From Deltaproteobacteria bacterium (GTDB taxonomy: Bacteria > Desulfobacterota > Binatia > Binatales > Binataceae): a DNA stretch of 64,000 nt. The DNA lies in the NCBI GenBank assembly GCA_021780755.1, contig JAJXYF010000014.1:31888-95887 (forward strand), written 5' to 3'. Each line of letters starts with the position of its first letter. Position 1 is the first letter of the stretch. The position numbers and the translations under genes are program-made. This document shows, in pieces, positions 17,790 through 27,918 of the stretch. The notes below the pieces were generated by a model. That model was given only the letters and a program-made list of their open reading frames with translations, searched no databases and was not told the origin of the DNA.

Positions 17790-19078
17790 TGGGTTCGGCT
17801 GCCGGCGGGCGTGACGATCGAGGCGGTCCGCCGCGTTATCGCAAACCTGAGCCGTACGCGCATGCGCGAATAGTCGTCGCCGCGCTGGCGGCGATCGCCG
17901 CGCTGCTGTTGCCGGGCTGCGAGCGCAATTCGCCACAGGGCATCGCGCGCCGATATCTGGAAGCTCTGCGGCGGTCGAATTATGCGGCGTGTTACACGAT
18001 GCTGGCCGAGCAGGATCGCAAGGATCGCACATTGGCCGAGTTCCTGACCGAGATACCGCTGGCGCCCGATGTCGGTCCCGCGATCTTCCGTCCGGTGCTG
18101 CAGAATATGCAGTTCGAGCTGGGCGAGGTTCGAATCGAGGGCGATAGCGCGTTCGCTTCGATCACCGTCACGGCGCCGAACCTGCCGATCTGGGAGCGCA
18201 CGCTTGACGCCGGCGCCGGGGCCGACCATTTCGGGGGCCGGGACGCCGAGCATTCCCTGGCTGCGGGCGATTTTCCGAAAGTCACCTACCCGGACGGGAT
18301 ATTTTTGACTCGCGAGCGCCATCATTGGCGCGTGGTGGCGGGCTTCACCGATCGCGATCGCATCGTCGATCTCCATCGGGAGGCGATCGTTGAGTACCAT
18401 CAGTTCGAATACGCGAAGGTGATAGTCGATTACCAGTCGATGATTGCGGAACTCGCACGACTCAAGTTTACCGGCGCCACCGGACTGGCCGCGCGCTACC
18501 AGGGTGAACTGGCCGGCGTGCGGACCGCGCAAGCCGAGGTGCCGGCGGCGACGGCGTACGCGGTCAAATCGCTGACCCTGGGCGATATCTCAATGAGCAT
18601 GTCGGAGGAGCGGGTGCCCGCGATTTTCGGGTCGATCACCAACCACGGCGATCGCGCGCTCGACGCCGTGCAGATTGCCGTGACCTGGTACGAAGGCCGC
18701 GGCAAGGACTTGAAGGCCGCTTACTCCGAGAAGCATCCGATCGTGATCACGCCGATCGAGTTTACCGACTTCAGCGTGCCGGTAATCCCGTTCGTGCCGG
18801 GCGAGAAGCGTCCATTCGGCTTCATCCTGACGGCGCCGGTGCAGGTGCAGCAGGATGCGGCGCCGTATGTGACGATCAGCGCGATCACCTTCACGTACCT
18901 CAAGGCGCCGTTGCCGAAACACGCGCTTGCCAAGGCGCCGAGCGGGCCGGCCGCGAGCACGCCCGGGTCTTCGCTGCCACTGGGCATCGCGGTCACCCGG
19001 CCGGCGGCGCCGAGTCCACGGCCAACGCCTCGCGCATCGACGAAGAAGGCCGCTCCAGCAAAAAAAACATTCCAGTGA
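17771..19078 (+). CDS. lipoprotein of unknown function
   Basis: Lipobox LLLPGC after a hydrophobic stretch. Pro/Ala-rich basic C-terminal tail. Start codon uncertain (17771 or 17789 or an internal alternative). Confidence 0.5.
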   Translation: MRGVRLMGSAAGGRDDRGGPPRYRKPEPYAHARIVVAALAAIAALLLPGCERNSPQGIARRYLEALRRSNYAACYTMLAEQDRKDRTLAEFLTEIPLAPDVGPAIFRPVLQNMQFELGEVRIEGDSAFASITVTAPNLPIWERTLDAGAGADHFGGRDAEHSLAAGDFPKVTYPDGIFLTRERHHWRVVAGFTDRDRIVDLHREAIVEYHQFEYAKVIVDYQSMIAELARLKFTGATGLAARYQGELAGVRTAQAEVPAATAYAVKSLTLGDISMSMSEERVPAIFGSITNHGDRALDAVQIAVTWYEGRGKDLKAAYSEKHPIVITPIEFTDFSVPVIPFVPGEKRPFGFILTAPVQVQQDAAPYVTISAITFTYLKAPLPKHALAKAPSGPAASTPGSSLPLGIAVTRPAAPSPRPTPRASTKKAAPAKKTFQ

Positions 19079-19980
19079 CCACCAAGTTAACCATCGCCGT
19101 CCCGACCCATAACCGCGCGCGCCTGCTGGCGGGCACGCTCGCGAGTATCGCCACGCTGCGGTTTTCCGAGGGCATCGTGCCCGAATGCTTAATCGTGGAT
19201 AACAATTCGCCCGACGACACGCGCGACGCGGTCGAGGTCTTCGCGCGGACGGCGCCGATCGCGGTCCGCTACGTGATCGAGCCGCAACTTGGATCGAGTT
19301 ACGCGCGCAACCGCGCGATCGCCGAGGCGCGGGGCGACTTCGTTTTTTTCATCGACGACGACGCCATCGCGGAGCCCGACTGGGCAATCGAGTTGCTGGC
19401 GGCGATGGAAGACCGCCAACTCGACGTCGCCTGCGGCCTGGTGCTGCCCAACTGGGACGTGCCGCCGCCGCGATGGCTCGGGCCGAGCCTCTATGTGCGG
19501 CTTGCGGTGCACGACGAGGCAGCGATCGCTGCCGCGAATTCACGCGAGCGCGATCATATCCACAATTATTTCAGCGCCAACGTGGGCTTCCGGCGCGAGA
19601 CCTTCAAGCTCTTCGGCAACTTTCGCGAAGACCTGGGCGTGGTCGGGAACAATCCGATTTCCGGCGAGGACACCGAACTCTTCGCGCGCATCGCGCTGCG
19701 CGGCGGCGCGATCGCGTTCGCTGAGCGCGCCCGCGTCCATCACGTGATCGGCCGCGAACGGATGAACCGGCGCTACCTGCGCCGCAAGGCCTACGCGTTC
19801 GGGTTTGGCAGCGCGATTGCGGGTGGTCCCACGCACAACCATCTCGACAAGCTGGCGCGCAACGGGATGCGCATGCTGGTCGCGGCCGCCCTCGGCCGGC
19901 CCGAGCGGGCGGTCTATCACGAACTCGAATGTGCGAACTTTTTCGGCTATTGGCGCGGCCGGCTCGCTCTGCGCCGATAA
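19075..19980 (+). CDS. glycosyltransferase family 2
   Basis: IAVPTHNRARLL...DNNSPDDT...FFIDDD motifs (GT-A fold DxD). GTG start overlaps the lipoprotein stop (GTGA). Confidence 0.8.
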   Translation: MTTKLTIAVPTHNRARLLAGTLASIATLRFSEGIVPECLIVDNNSPDDTRDAVEVFARTAPIAVRYVIEPQLGSSYARNRAIAEARGDFVFFIDDDAIAEPDWAIELLAAMEDRQLDVACGLVLPNWDVPPPRWLGPSLYVRLAVHDEAAIAAANSRERDHIHNYFSANVGFRRETFKLFGNFREDLGVVGNNPISGEDTELFARIALRGGAIAFAERARVHHVIGRERMNRRYLRRKAYAFGFGSAIAGGPTHNHLDKLARNGMRMLVAAALGRPERAVYHELECANFFGYWRGRLALRR

Positions 19981-19981
19981 A

Positions 19982-20398
19982 TTATCGCGTCACCCACGCG
20001 AGCATGCCACGCGCGATTATCTGATCGAGATAGGGGATCAGCTCGCCCAGTTCCGCGAGCTCGCTGAGAGTAATCCATCGCCAGTCGGAATGTTCATGCG
20101 GTTGCAGTGTGACCGCGCGTTGTGCGCTGGCCGGGCGACACGCGAACAGCAACTGCACATAAGGGCCGGGCGCCTTGTTGGCGCCCAACAGGCGATCGAT
20201 TTCGATTGCGAGGCCGGTCTCCTCCGCGACTTCGCGCGCGAGACCTTGCTCGAAAGTCTCATTGGCGGCCAGATGGCCACCGGGTAAATCCCAGGCCCCC
20301 GGCTTATAGGTCATAGACGGCGCGCGCCTGAGCACGAGGATCTTGCCATGGTGCTCGATCACGCCGTGCACGCCGATCCAGAATTGCAGCTCTGCCAT
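19982..20398 (-). CDS. NUDIX hydrolase
   Basis: NUDIX box GGHLAANETFEQGLAREVAEETGL. 138 aa. Confidence 0.8.
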   Translation of the reverse strand: MAELQFWIGVHGVIEHHGKILVLRRAPSMTYKPGAWDLPGGHLAANETFEQGLAREVAEETGLAIEIDRLLGANKAPGPYVQLLFACRPASAQRAVTLQPHEHSDWRWITLSELAELGELIPYLDQIIARGMLAWVTR

Positions 20399-20451
20399 TT
20401 ACTTATTGTACCTAAATAGTTACCAGGAGGCGTAACACGCGCGAGCGTCAG

Positions 20452-22026
20452 TCATTTGCGCGTGCGTCCCCAGGCACCGCCACCCGGAGTCTCGATTCTT
20501 ATCCGATCTCCCGGCGCCAGTCCGAGGTTGGTCTTGCCCGGCAGTTTCTCGCGTTGGCCGTTGCGGCGCACCACATAGTTCTCCCCGACGGCGCCATCGC
20601 CGCCGCCGGCGAGCCCCCACGGCGCGATCAGGCGCCGTTCGGTCAGCAGGCTCACGTTGGATTTCACCAGGCATTCGAGTTCGCGCACGAGGCCGTCGCC
20701 GCCCGCGAATTTCCCACGGCCGCCGGAGCCGCGGCGCATCCGGTACTCGGTCACGCGCATCGGATAGTAGGCCTCCAGCGCCTCGATCGGCGTGTTGAGC
20801 GTGTTGGTCATGTGGGTGTGAATGCCGGAGGCGCCGGGATGGCCCGGGGCGGCGCCGGCGCCCCCCGCGATCGTTTCGTAATAGGAAAAATGGCGCGCGC
20901 GGAAAGTGTCGTAGCCGCCGACCGTCAGGTTCGACATCGAACCCGAACTGGCAGCCGCGATCCGTTCCGGCGCGGCCTGCGCCAGCGCGCGAAACAGCAC
21001 GTCAACGATACGCTGCGAAGTCTCGACGTTGCCGCCCGCGACGGCGGCCGGCGGCAGCGCATTTACGATCGTGGCTGGCGGTGCGATGAGCTTGATCGGG
21101 CGCATCAGCCCTTCATTGGCTGGCACCGCTTCGGCCGCCAGGCACTTCATGACATAGAACGTCGCCGAGAGGGTGATCGCGTAGTTGGCGTTGATCGAAC
21201 CGCGGACCTGCGGCGCGGTGCCGGTGAAATCGACGGTCGCGTGGCCGCCGCGAACTTCGATCGCGACACGAATGGGAATCGGCCCACGATCGAAGCCGTC
21301 GTCGTCCATCGCGTCGGCGGCGCGATAAACTCCCGGCGGGATTTTTTTGAGTGTCGCACGCATCAGGCGGTCGGCGTAATCCTTCAGCGCCTCCATCGCG
21401 GCGGCGACCTCGGCGCGCCCGACTGCCGCGACCAGGCCGAGCAGGCGGTCGGCTCCGACCCGGAGCGCCGCGAGCTGCGCGCGTAAGTCGCCCTCGCGCT
21501 CGTCACGCACGCGGGTATTGGCGAAGAACAGTTCGAAGACGTCGCGCGCGGGCTTTCCGGCGACCATCAATTTGACCGGCGGCAGGCGAAATCCTTCCTG
21601 GTAAATCTCGGTCGCCAAGGCCATCGAGCCCGGCGCCATCCCACCGATGTCCGCGTGATGCGCACGATCGGCGGCATAGGCAAATGGCCGGCGCTCGCCG
21701 TCGAGAAAAATCGGCGCGACCAGCGTGACGTCCGGCAGATGGGTGCCGCCGGCAAACGGGTCGTTGACGATCGCGACGTCGCCGGGCGCCAATTCGAGCC
21801 GTTCGATCACCGCGCGCACCGAGAGCGGCGTCGAGCCGAGATGAACGGGAATATGCGCCGCCTGCGCGACCAGTTCGCCGCGGCCGTCGAACAGCGCGCA
21901 CGAGAAATCGCGTCGCTCCTTGATATTCGGCGAGAAGCCGGTCTGGCCGAGGACCACGCCCATCTCCTCGGCGATCGCCGCCATCCGATTATTCATGACG
22001 GCCAAAGTCACCGGATCGAGTTTCAT
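20452..22026 (-). CDS. hyuB: hydantoinase B / oxoprolinase family protein (HyuB)
   Basis: 524 aa. N-terminal DPVTLAVMNNRMAAIAEEMG and GGTHLPD motif are typical of HyuB. Confidence 0.85.
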   Translation of the reverse strand: MKLDPVTLAVMNNRMAAIAEEMGVVLGQTGFSPNIKERRDFSCALFDGRGELVAQAAHIPVHLGSTPLSVRAVIERLELAPGDVAIVNDPFAGGTHLPDVTLVAPIFLDGERRPFAYAADRAHHADIGGMAPGSMALATEIYQEGFRLPPVKLMVAGKPARDVFELFFANTRVRDEREGDLRAQLAALRVGADRLLGLVAAVGRAEVAAAMEALKDYADRLMRATLKKIPPGVYRAADAMDDDGFDRGPIPIRVAIEVRGGHATVDFTGTAPQVRGSINANYAITLSATFYVMKCLAAEAVPANEGLMRPIKLIAPPATIVNALPPAAVAGGNVETSQRIVDVLFRALAQAAPERIAAASSGSMSNLTVGGYDTFRARHFSYYETIAGGAGAAPGHPGASGIHTHMTNTLNTPIEALEAYYPMRVTEYRMRRGSGGRGKFAGGDGLVRELECLVKSNVSLLTERRLIAPWGLAGGGDGAVGENYVVRRNGQREKLPGKTNLGLAPGDRIRIETPGGGAWGRTRK

Positions 22027-24065
22027 CGCAGCTCCAGATGAAGGTTGCCGAAGTCGTCGTTGCGCAAGGTGAACTCGGGCGAGAGGTAAGCGGTCGCACT
22101 CAACTCGACGATAATCGCGGGCCCGTTGATTTTCGCGCCGGCGCCAATTTCATCGCGCGCAAAGACTGGCACGATCCGGCGCGCGCCGCCCACGATTACG
22201 CTCATCTTCGAGATGGGCATGGGCTTGGACTTTGCCCTTGGAATCCGCGCCGGCGCGATCGATGGGCCTCCGGCCGCAGCGCGCAAGCGCAGATTTACGA
22301 CCTCGACCGGCGCGTCGGGCGCGGCATACCCAAACGTCCGCCGATGGGCCTGATGGAAGTCGTTGACGAAGCGCGGACCCAGCGCCACCTCGATTTCGTA
22401 GGATTGGCCGCGATAGCGCACGTCGGCGCGCAGGTCGAGCTTGATCGCCGCCGGCTTGGCGCCCTGCGCGGTCAATTCGGCGCGCGCACGGGTGATCAGC
22501 GGACGCGCCCGCGCGCGCAGCCGGCGAAGCTCCGGCGCGGTCTCGCGCACCGTCATCGAATATTCGCGGCCGAGCGGCGCCCCGAGGGCGCCCCAGGCGC
22601 AGAGCAGGCCGGGATTTCGCGGCAGCACGATGCGGCGGATGCCGAGATCGAGGGCGAGCTCGCAGGCATGCATCGGGCCGGCGCCACCGAACGCCATCAG
22701 CGCGAAATTGCGCGGGTCGTGGCCGCACTCGACGGTAATCACGCGAATCGCGCGCTCCATGTTGGCGTTGACCACGCGAATCACTCCGCGTGCCGCGTTT
22801 GCCGCACTGGTTCTCATGGCGCGGGCGAGCCGGGCAATCGCGCGATCGGCGCGGGCGGGAAAAAGGCGCATGCTGCCGCCGAGAAAATTTTCAGCGACCA
22901 GCCGTCCCGCGACCAAATCGGCGTCGGTCACCGTTGGCGACTCGCCGCGTCCGTAGCAGGCCGGTCCCGGATTCGCGCCGGCGCTTTGTGGTCCGACTTT
23001 GAGCGAGCCACCCGCATCGACGGACGCGATCGAGCCGCCGCCGGCGCCCACCGTATGGATATCGATCACCGGCGTGCGCACCGCATAGCCGCTGGGATAG
23101 CTGAGCGAGCGGATGCGGGCGGCGCGGTCGAAGAGCGAAACATCGGTCGAAGTACCGCCCATGTCGAAGGTGATAAAGCGATCGACGCCCATCGCGCGCA
23201 CCAGGTCGCCGGCGCCGACGACGCCGGCCGCCGGGCCCGAGAGAATCGTCCGCACGGGCTCCTCGCGCGCGAGGCGCGTGCCGATCGCATAGCCATTCGA
23301 TTGCATCACGCGCAGCCGCGCCCGGCCGAGCGATCGCTCCAGGTTCTCCAGATGCGCGACCATCCGCGGCGCCACGTAGGCGTTGATGACGGTAGTCGAG
23401 AGCCGTTCGAATTCACGGTATTCGGCGAGGATTCGATGCGAAACCGAAAGCGATCGTTTGAGCGGCGCGAGCGCGCGCGCGATCGCGTTCTCGCTCGTCG
23501 GGTTGGCGTACGAATGAAGCAGACATACCGCGAACGCCTCGGCCCCGCTGCGTTGGGCGAGCTTGCGCACGCGCGCGAGTTCGGCGGGCGCCAGCGGCGT
23601 GGCGATCTTGCCGTCGAAGAGCGTGCGACCGCCGACGCCGATACGCAGCGCCCGCGGCACCAGCGGTTCGGGCCGCTCCGGTGCCAGCGCGTAAAGCTCG
23701 GTACGGTTTTGCCGCCCGATCTCGATCAGGTCCTCGAAGCCGGCGTCAACCAGCAGCGCGACCCGCGCGCCCTTCTTTTCGAGCAAGGCGTTGGTCGCGA
23801 CCGTCGAACTGTAGGTGACCGCGTCGGCCGGCGCGCCACCGAGGATCGTTTTGAGGCCCTCGATTACCGCTTGCGCCGGATCGTGCGGCGTCGAGGGCAG
23901 CTTATGTACGCGAAGTTCGCCGCCGACGATCGCGACCAGATCGGTAAACGTACCGCCGGTATCGATTCCGACCATGATAGGCGCGCCCGCTTTCGACCCA
24001 TCGGCATCGGGCGCGGCGTGGCGCCGTGGCCGAGCATCCACGATTGGAGACGGCTTGCGGGTCAC
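22023..24065 (-). CDS. hyuA: hydantoinase A / oxoprolinase family protein (HyuA)
   Basis: GIDTGGTFTD N-terminal motif, 680 aa. Stop overlaps the hyuB ATG (ATGA). Start is either GTG 24065 (overlapping the ADH stop) or ATG 23975. Confidence 0.85.
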   Translation of the reverse strand: MTRKPSPIVDARPRRHAAPDADGSKAGAPIMVGIDTGGTFTDLVAIVGGELRVHKLPSTPHDPAQAVIEGLKTILGGAPADAVTYSSTVATNALLEKKGARVALLVDAGFEDLIEIGRQNRTELYALAPERPEPLVPRALRIGVGGRTLFDGKIATPLAPAELARVRKLAQRSGAEAFAVCLLHSYANPTSENAIARALAPLKRSLSVSHRILAEYREFERLSTTVINAYVAPRMVAHLENLERSLGRARLRVMQSNGYAIGTRLAREEPVRTILSGPAAGVVGAGDLVRAMGVDRFITFDMGGTSTDVSLFDRAARIRSLSYPSGYAVRTPVIDIHTVGAGGGSIASVDAGGSLKVGPQSAGANPGPACYGRGESPTVTDADLVAGRLVAENFLGGSMRLFPARADRAIARLARAMRTSAANAARGVIRVVNANMERAIRVITVECGHDPRNFALMAFGGAGPMHACELALDLGIRRIVLPRNPGLLCAWGALGAPLGREYSMTVRETAPELRRLRARARPLITRARAELTAQGAKPAAIKLDLRADVRYRGQSYEIEVALGPRFVNDFHQAHRRTFGYAAPDAPVEVVNLRLRAAAGGPSIAPARIPRAKSKPMPISKMSVIVGGARRIVPVFARDEIGAGAKINGPAIIVELSATAYLSPEFTLRNDDFGNLHLELR

Positions 24066-25009
24066 GGCCGAACCACGATTTTGAATTTTGATTTATCGGC
24101 GGCGGCCGCGAACGCGGCAACGCCGTCGTCGAGCGAGAAGGTGCCGTCGATGAGCGGCCGCGGATCGAATCGCCCGGCCGCGAGCGCCGCGATCGCCGGC
24201 GTGAAACGTCCGCAGCGCGAACCGATTATCGTGATCTCGTTGATGACGACCGGCGCCAGGTTCATCGCGGCGCCCGCGGCGGCCGTGCTCTTGAGAATCA
24301 CCGTCCCCCGCGGCCGCACCAACGCGATCGCCCGCGTGAATCCTGCGCTCTGGCCGGTGCAATCGATTACGACGTCGTAGCCGGGCGCGAGTTTGTCAGC
24401 CAATTCAGTACGCAGGCCGAGGGCGGCGAGCCGCTGGAGTTTTTCGGGATGATGGCCGGCGACGACCGGCGCGAAATTTTCACCATTCAAGGCGAGCGCG
24501 ACCATCGCCCCAAGGCGTCCATCGCCGAGAATCGCGATCCGATCGGTGCGCTTCAGACTCGCTTGTTCGAGAATTTCGCAGGCGGCGGCGAACGGTTCAG
24601 CAAAAACCGCGGATTCGTCCGCGACTGCATCCGGGATCGCGATGAGGTTCGCGTTGGGCAGACGCAAGTATTCGGCGAATGCACCATCGCGTCCGAGAAT
24701 CCCGAGCACGGTGCGCGTCGGGCAATGGCGTCCCATCCCGTCGATACACCAGTTGCACGTTCCGCAACTCGTGTTGATCTCGCCGGCGACGCGTTTGCCG
24801 ACTAGCGCGAGGTTTTCCGATTGCATCACGCGGCCGACGAATTCATGGCCGGGGACGCCCCGGTATTCCATGTAGCCGCGCGTGATTTCGAGATCGGTAC
24901 CGCAAATGCCGGCCACGCTCACCTTGACGATACTCTCGCCGGAAACCGGCACCGGGTCGGGATAGTCGGTGCGCAGATGAAGTTTGCCGTCGAAGACCAG
25001 CGCGCGCAT
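24062..25009 (-). CDS. zinc-dependent alcohol dehydrogenase, MDR family (threonine/sorbitol-DH-like)
   Basis: GHEFVGRV zinc-ligand motif, structural-zinc cysteines (CGTCNWC), GxGxxG Rossmann fold. 315 aa. Confidence 0.85.
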   Translation of the reverse strand: MRALVFDGKLHLRTDYPDPVPVSGESIVKVSVAGICGTDLEITRGYMEYRGVPGHEFVGRVMQSENLALVGKRVAGEINTSCGTCNWCIDGMGRHCPTRTVLGILGRDGAFAEYLRLPNANLIAIPDAVADESAVFAEPFAAACEILEQASLKRTDRIAILGDGRLGAMVALALNGENFAPVVAGHHPEKLQRLAALGLRTELADKLAPGYDVVIDCTGQSAGFTRAIALVRPRGTVILKSTAAAGAAMNLAPVVINEITIIGSRCGRFTPAIAALAAGRFDPRPLIDGTFSLDDGVAAFAAAADKSKFKIVVRP

Positions 25010-25089
25010 GGGACGGCATTGAAACAGAAAAGCCGCGGAGCTGGCTACCCCGCGGCCCTCACGCCGATGCGCTATTGATTAAAAATCGA

Positions 25090-25485
25090 TCAGTCGGTGG
25101 ATTTGCTCGCCGAGCTTTTCTCCGCACTCGATTTGCCCGACGACGCTGGCACGGTGGAGGATGCGGGGGCGCTTTTGCCGTTCGCATCGGATGAAGTTGA
25201 AGACGATTCCGACTTGCTCGCGGTGTCCGCTTTGGAGGTGTCGGACTTTGTGGATTCGGACTTGGACGCGTCTGTCTTGGCCGAATCGACCTTGGAGGCG
25301 TCGCCGTTGGACTTCGCGTAGTCAGTCGCGTACCAGCCGGTGCCTTTGAGGATGAATGAAGTTCGCGACAACATCCGTTCGACCTTGCTTTTGCAGGTCG
25401 GGCACTTTCTGAGCGCGTTTTCGGTGATCCGCTGCGTCACCTCGAACTCTCCGCATTTGGGGCACTTGTATTCGTAAATGGGCAT
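25090..25485 (-). CDS. FmdB-family zinc-ribbon protein with low-complexity S/K/D/T-rich tail
   Basis: N-terminal [16 protein letters not shown]...CPTC (CxxC...CxxC) is typical of FmdB regulatory zinc-ribbon proteins. Directly upstream of the ADH-hyuA-hyuB genes on the same strand. Confidence 0.7.
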   Translation of the reverse strand: MPIYEYKCPKCGEFEVTQRITENALRKCPTCKSKVERMLSRTSFILKGTGWYATDYAKSNGDASKVDSAKTDASKSESTKSDTSKADTASKSESSSTSSDANGKSAPASSTVPASSGKSSAEKSSASKSTD

Positions 25486-25645
25486 TGCTTCTCGATGTCT
25501 CTCGCGGAAATTACACGGTTTCCCTTGAATTTAGGTAATCACGCGCTCCGGCGATGTCAACGCGACGCGCGAAATTTCGCTTTTCTTTCGACTCGCACGG
25601 CGGCCTGAATCCACCGCACATTCTTACCTTCCGTCCCTCAGCTTA

Positions 25646-25987
25646 TCACGATGCGGTGCGCACGAGTGCCTCCAGGCGTGCCGCGATCGCGGCGGCGTCA
25701 CACGGCTCGATGCGCACGGTTTTGCGCCGCGACGTTTCGCCCCGGACGATCGCGATCGCTGAACGAGCGACCTTCAGTTCGCGCGCAAGGTACTCGATCA
25801 GCTCGTCGTTGGCCTTGCCCTTTTCGGGCGCCGAGTTGAGCGCGATTATCAATCCGCGCGGGTCGATACGTACGATACCGCGCGGCGACGCGCCCGGCCG
25901 CGCCACGATTTCGATCGTTATCCGGTTTTCGCCGCGCGCGAGCCATGAGTCCGATCCGGTTGCGGCATGGGCGGGCGCCCGCGCCAT
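25646..25987 (-). CDS. DUF167 (YggU) family protein
   Basis: ITIEIVARPGASPRGIV...LIIALNSAPEKGKANDELIEYLARELKV...VRGETSRRKTVRI matches the YggU pattern. ATG 25987 overlaps the yggT stop. The track's long N-terminal extension is rejected. Confidence 0.7.
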   Translation of the reverse strand: MARAPAHAATGSDSWLARGENRITIEIVARPGASPRGIVRIDPRGLIIALNSAPEKGKANDELIEYLARELKVARSAIAIVRGETSRRKTVRIEPCDAAAIAARLEALVRTAS

Positions 25988-26352
25988 CAGGCGAAGCCGA
26001 AGACCAGGATTCGGGTGAGCGTGGGGATCAGATATTGCTGCAGGAATTGAATCCCGATGATCACGATAATCGGCGATAAATCGATGCCGCCGAGAACCAC
26101 CGGCAAGTGTTCGCGGAAGAAATCGAAGACCGGGTCGGTCAACGCTCGGATAGTGCGCACGATGGGGTTGTACGGATTGGGATCGATCCACGACATCACC
26201 GCGGAGGCGATCACGATCCAGAAATAGAGCGTGAGGATTCCCGACAGAACCTGCGCGATCCAGAATACAAAGTTGGTCCAGACAAACACGTCGCCGTTTG
26301 AGTCCTCCGCGCTATGACCGTCCGAGCTCGCGCGATCGGTTCGCGGCGGCAT
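25987..26352 (-). CDS. YggT family membrane protein
   Basis: Small 2-TM protein sitting between proC and yggU as in the conserved yggS-proC-yggT-yggU block. The true start is probably internal, since the annotated start overlaps the proC 3-prime end. Confidence 0.65.
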   Translation of the reverse strand: MPPRTDRASSDGHSAEDSNGDVFVWTNFVFWIAQVLSGILTLYFWIVIASAVMSWIDPNPYNPIVRTIRALTDPVFDFFREHLPVVLGGIDLSPIIVIIGIQFLQQYLIPTLTRILVFGFA

Positions 26353-27202
26353 GAACGGCGCCGGCTACGATATCAGAAAAACGGAGGTCGTCGAACTTGC
26401 GCAGGGCGGCCTCAGTGGTGCCGCCGGGCGAGGCGACGATCCTGATCAATTCGGCGGCGGTCATCGGCGAGCGGCGCATGTTTTCCTCGGCGCCGCGCAG
26501 CGTCTTCAACGCCATCCGCGTCGCGAGTTCCGGCGGCAGCCCCTCACTCACGCCGGCGTCCGCGAGTGCCTTGACGAAAAGATACACGTAGGCCGGTCCG
26601 CTGCCGGAAAGCGCGGTCACGGCGTCGAGCAAACTCTCATCGGCGAGCGCGACGGCGTCGCCCACCGCGGCGAAAATCCGCAGCGCGAAGGCCTCATCGG
26701 CGCGATTCGCGCCGGGTGCCCGCACCAGCGCCGCCATCCCCTGACCGACCATCGCGGGCGCGTTGGGCATCACGCGGATCACGCGCGCGCCGGGGCCGAG
26801 CGCCGTGGTCATCCGCGTGAGCGTGATGCCGGCGGCGATCGAGATAAACAGGCGATCCGCGGGCTTCACGTTCTTCGCCGCGGGTTTGCTCGCGGCGCGT
26901 GAGGACTTGCGCGCAGGGCCGGCGCCGGGTTGCTCCGAGACGCGCATCGCGGCGGCCATCTCGCCCAGCACGTCGTCGATATTCTGCGGCTTCACCGCGA
27001 GCAACAGCGCGCGCGAATCGCGCAGCACGACGAGGTTGTCGGCGGTGGTTTCAACTTTAAGTGAACGCGCAAGCTTGCGCCGGCGTGCCGGATCGACGTC
27101 GGAGACGATCACGTCGCCGGGCTTGAAGATTTTCTTTTCGAGCAGGCCGCGCACGAGCGCCTCGGCCATATTGCCGCCGCCGATGAATCCGAGTTTTTTC
27201 AT
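26312..27202 (-). CDS. proC: pyrroline-5-carboxylate reductase
   Basis: GFIGGGNMAEA NADP motif and ProC C-terminal domain. ATG 27202 chosen. Contains an Ala/Lys-rich insertion. Confidence 0.85.
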   Translation of the reverse strand: MKKLGFIGGGNMAEALVRGLLEKKIFKPGDVIVSDVDPARRRKLARSLKVETTADNLVVLRDSRALLLAVKPQNIDDVLGEMAAAMRVSEQPGAGPARKSSRAASKPAAKNVKPADRLFISIAAGITLTRMTTALGPGARVIRVMPNAPAMVGQGMAALVRAPGANRADEAFALRIFAAVGDAVALADESLLDAVTALSGSGPAYVYLFVKALADAGVSEGLPPELATRMALKTLRGAEENMRRSPMTAAELIRIVASPGGTTEAALRKFDDLRFSDIVAGAVHAAANRSRELGRS

Positions 27203-27212
27203 CCTGGTCCCT

Positions 27213-27917
27213 TTATCGCACACGTTCGCCGAACACCGCGCGACCGACGCGCACGATGGTTGCGCCCTCTTCGATCGCGACCTCGTAGTCCTCGCTCATT
27301 CCCATGGAAAGCTCGCTCAACGCAAGGCCGCACCGCGCCGCCAGGCGATCGCGAAGTTCGCGCAACTGCGTGAACCAGGGCCGCGCCGCCGAGGGATTTG
27401 CCGCCGCCGGCGGAATGGTCATCAGCCCGCGCACCTCGACCAGCGCCCGCACCGACTCGATCAGCGCCGCGACCGCATCGGGATCGACGCCGCTCTTGGA
27501 CGCCTCGCCGCCGAGCCTTACTTCAATCAATACCGGCATCGGGGGCGCCGGATGCGCGCGGGCGAGGGCGTTGGCAAGCCGCAAGCTGTCGAGGGTATGC
27601 ACCAGGTTGAAGTTCTCCGCCGCGACGCGCGCCTTGTTGCTCTGCAGATGGCCGATCAGGTGCCATCGCGCTTCGCGCAGATGTGCGAGCGCGGCGCGCT
27701 TGGCGATCGCCTCCTGCACGTAATTCTCGCCGAAGTCGCGGGCCCCGGCGGCATACGCCGCGGCCACGGCCGCGGGCGGCTGGATCTTGCTCGCGAGCAC
27801 CAGGCATACCGAGGACGTCGCGCGATGCGCACGATCGCATGCCCGCGCGATTCGTTCGCGGACAGCGCCGAGCCGCGCGGCGATTTCGTCCATCGGGAGG
27901 TCCGTTGCGGTCGTCAT
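27213..27917 (-). CDS. yggS: YggS-family pyridoxal-phosphate homeostasis protein
   Basis: Alanine-racemase N-terminal-like fold (LVLASKIQP...GENYVQE...HLIGHLQSNK). ATG 27917. Confidence 0.85.
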   Translation of the reverse strand: MTTATDLPMDEIAARLGAVRERIARACDRAHRATSSVCLVLASKIQPPAAVAAAYAAGARDFGENYVQEAIAKRAALAHLREARWHLIGHLQSNKARVAAENFNLVHTLDSLRLANALARAHPAPPMPVLIEVRLGGEASKSGVDPDAVAALIESVRALVEVRGLMTIPPAAANPSAARPWFTQLRELRDRLAARCGLALSELSMGMSEDYEVAIEEGATIVRVGRAVFGERVR

Positions 27918-27918
27918 C

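Noticed and set aside
25090-25320. Ser/Lys/Asp/Thr-rich repetitive segment
   Set aside because: It is the low-complexity tail of the FmdB zinc-ribbon protein in the correct frame, not a mobile or CRISPR repeat.
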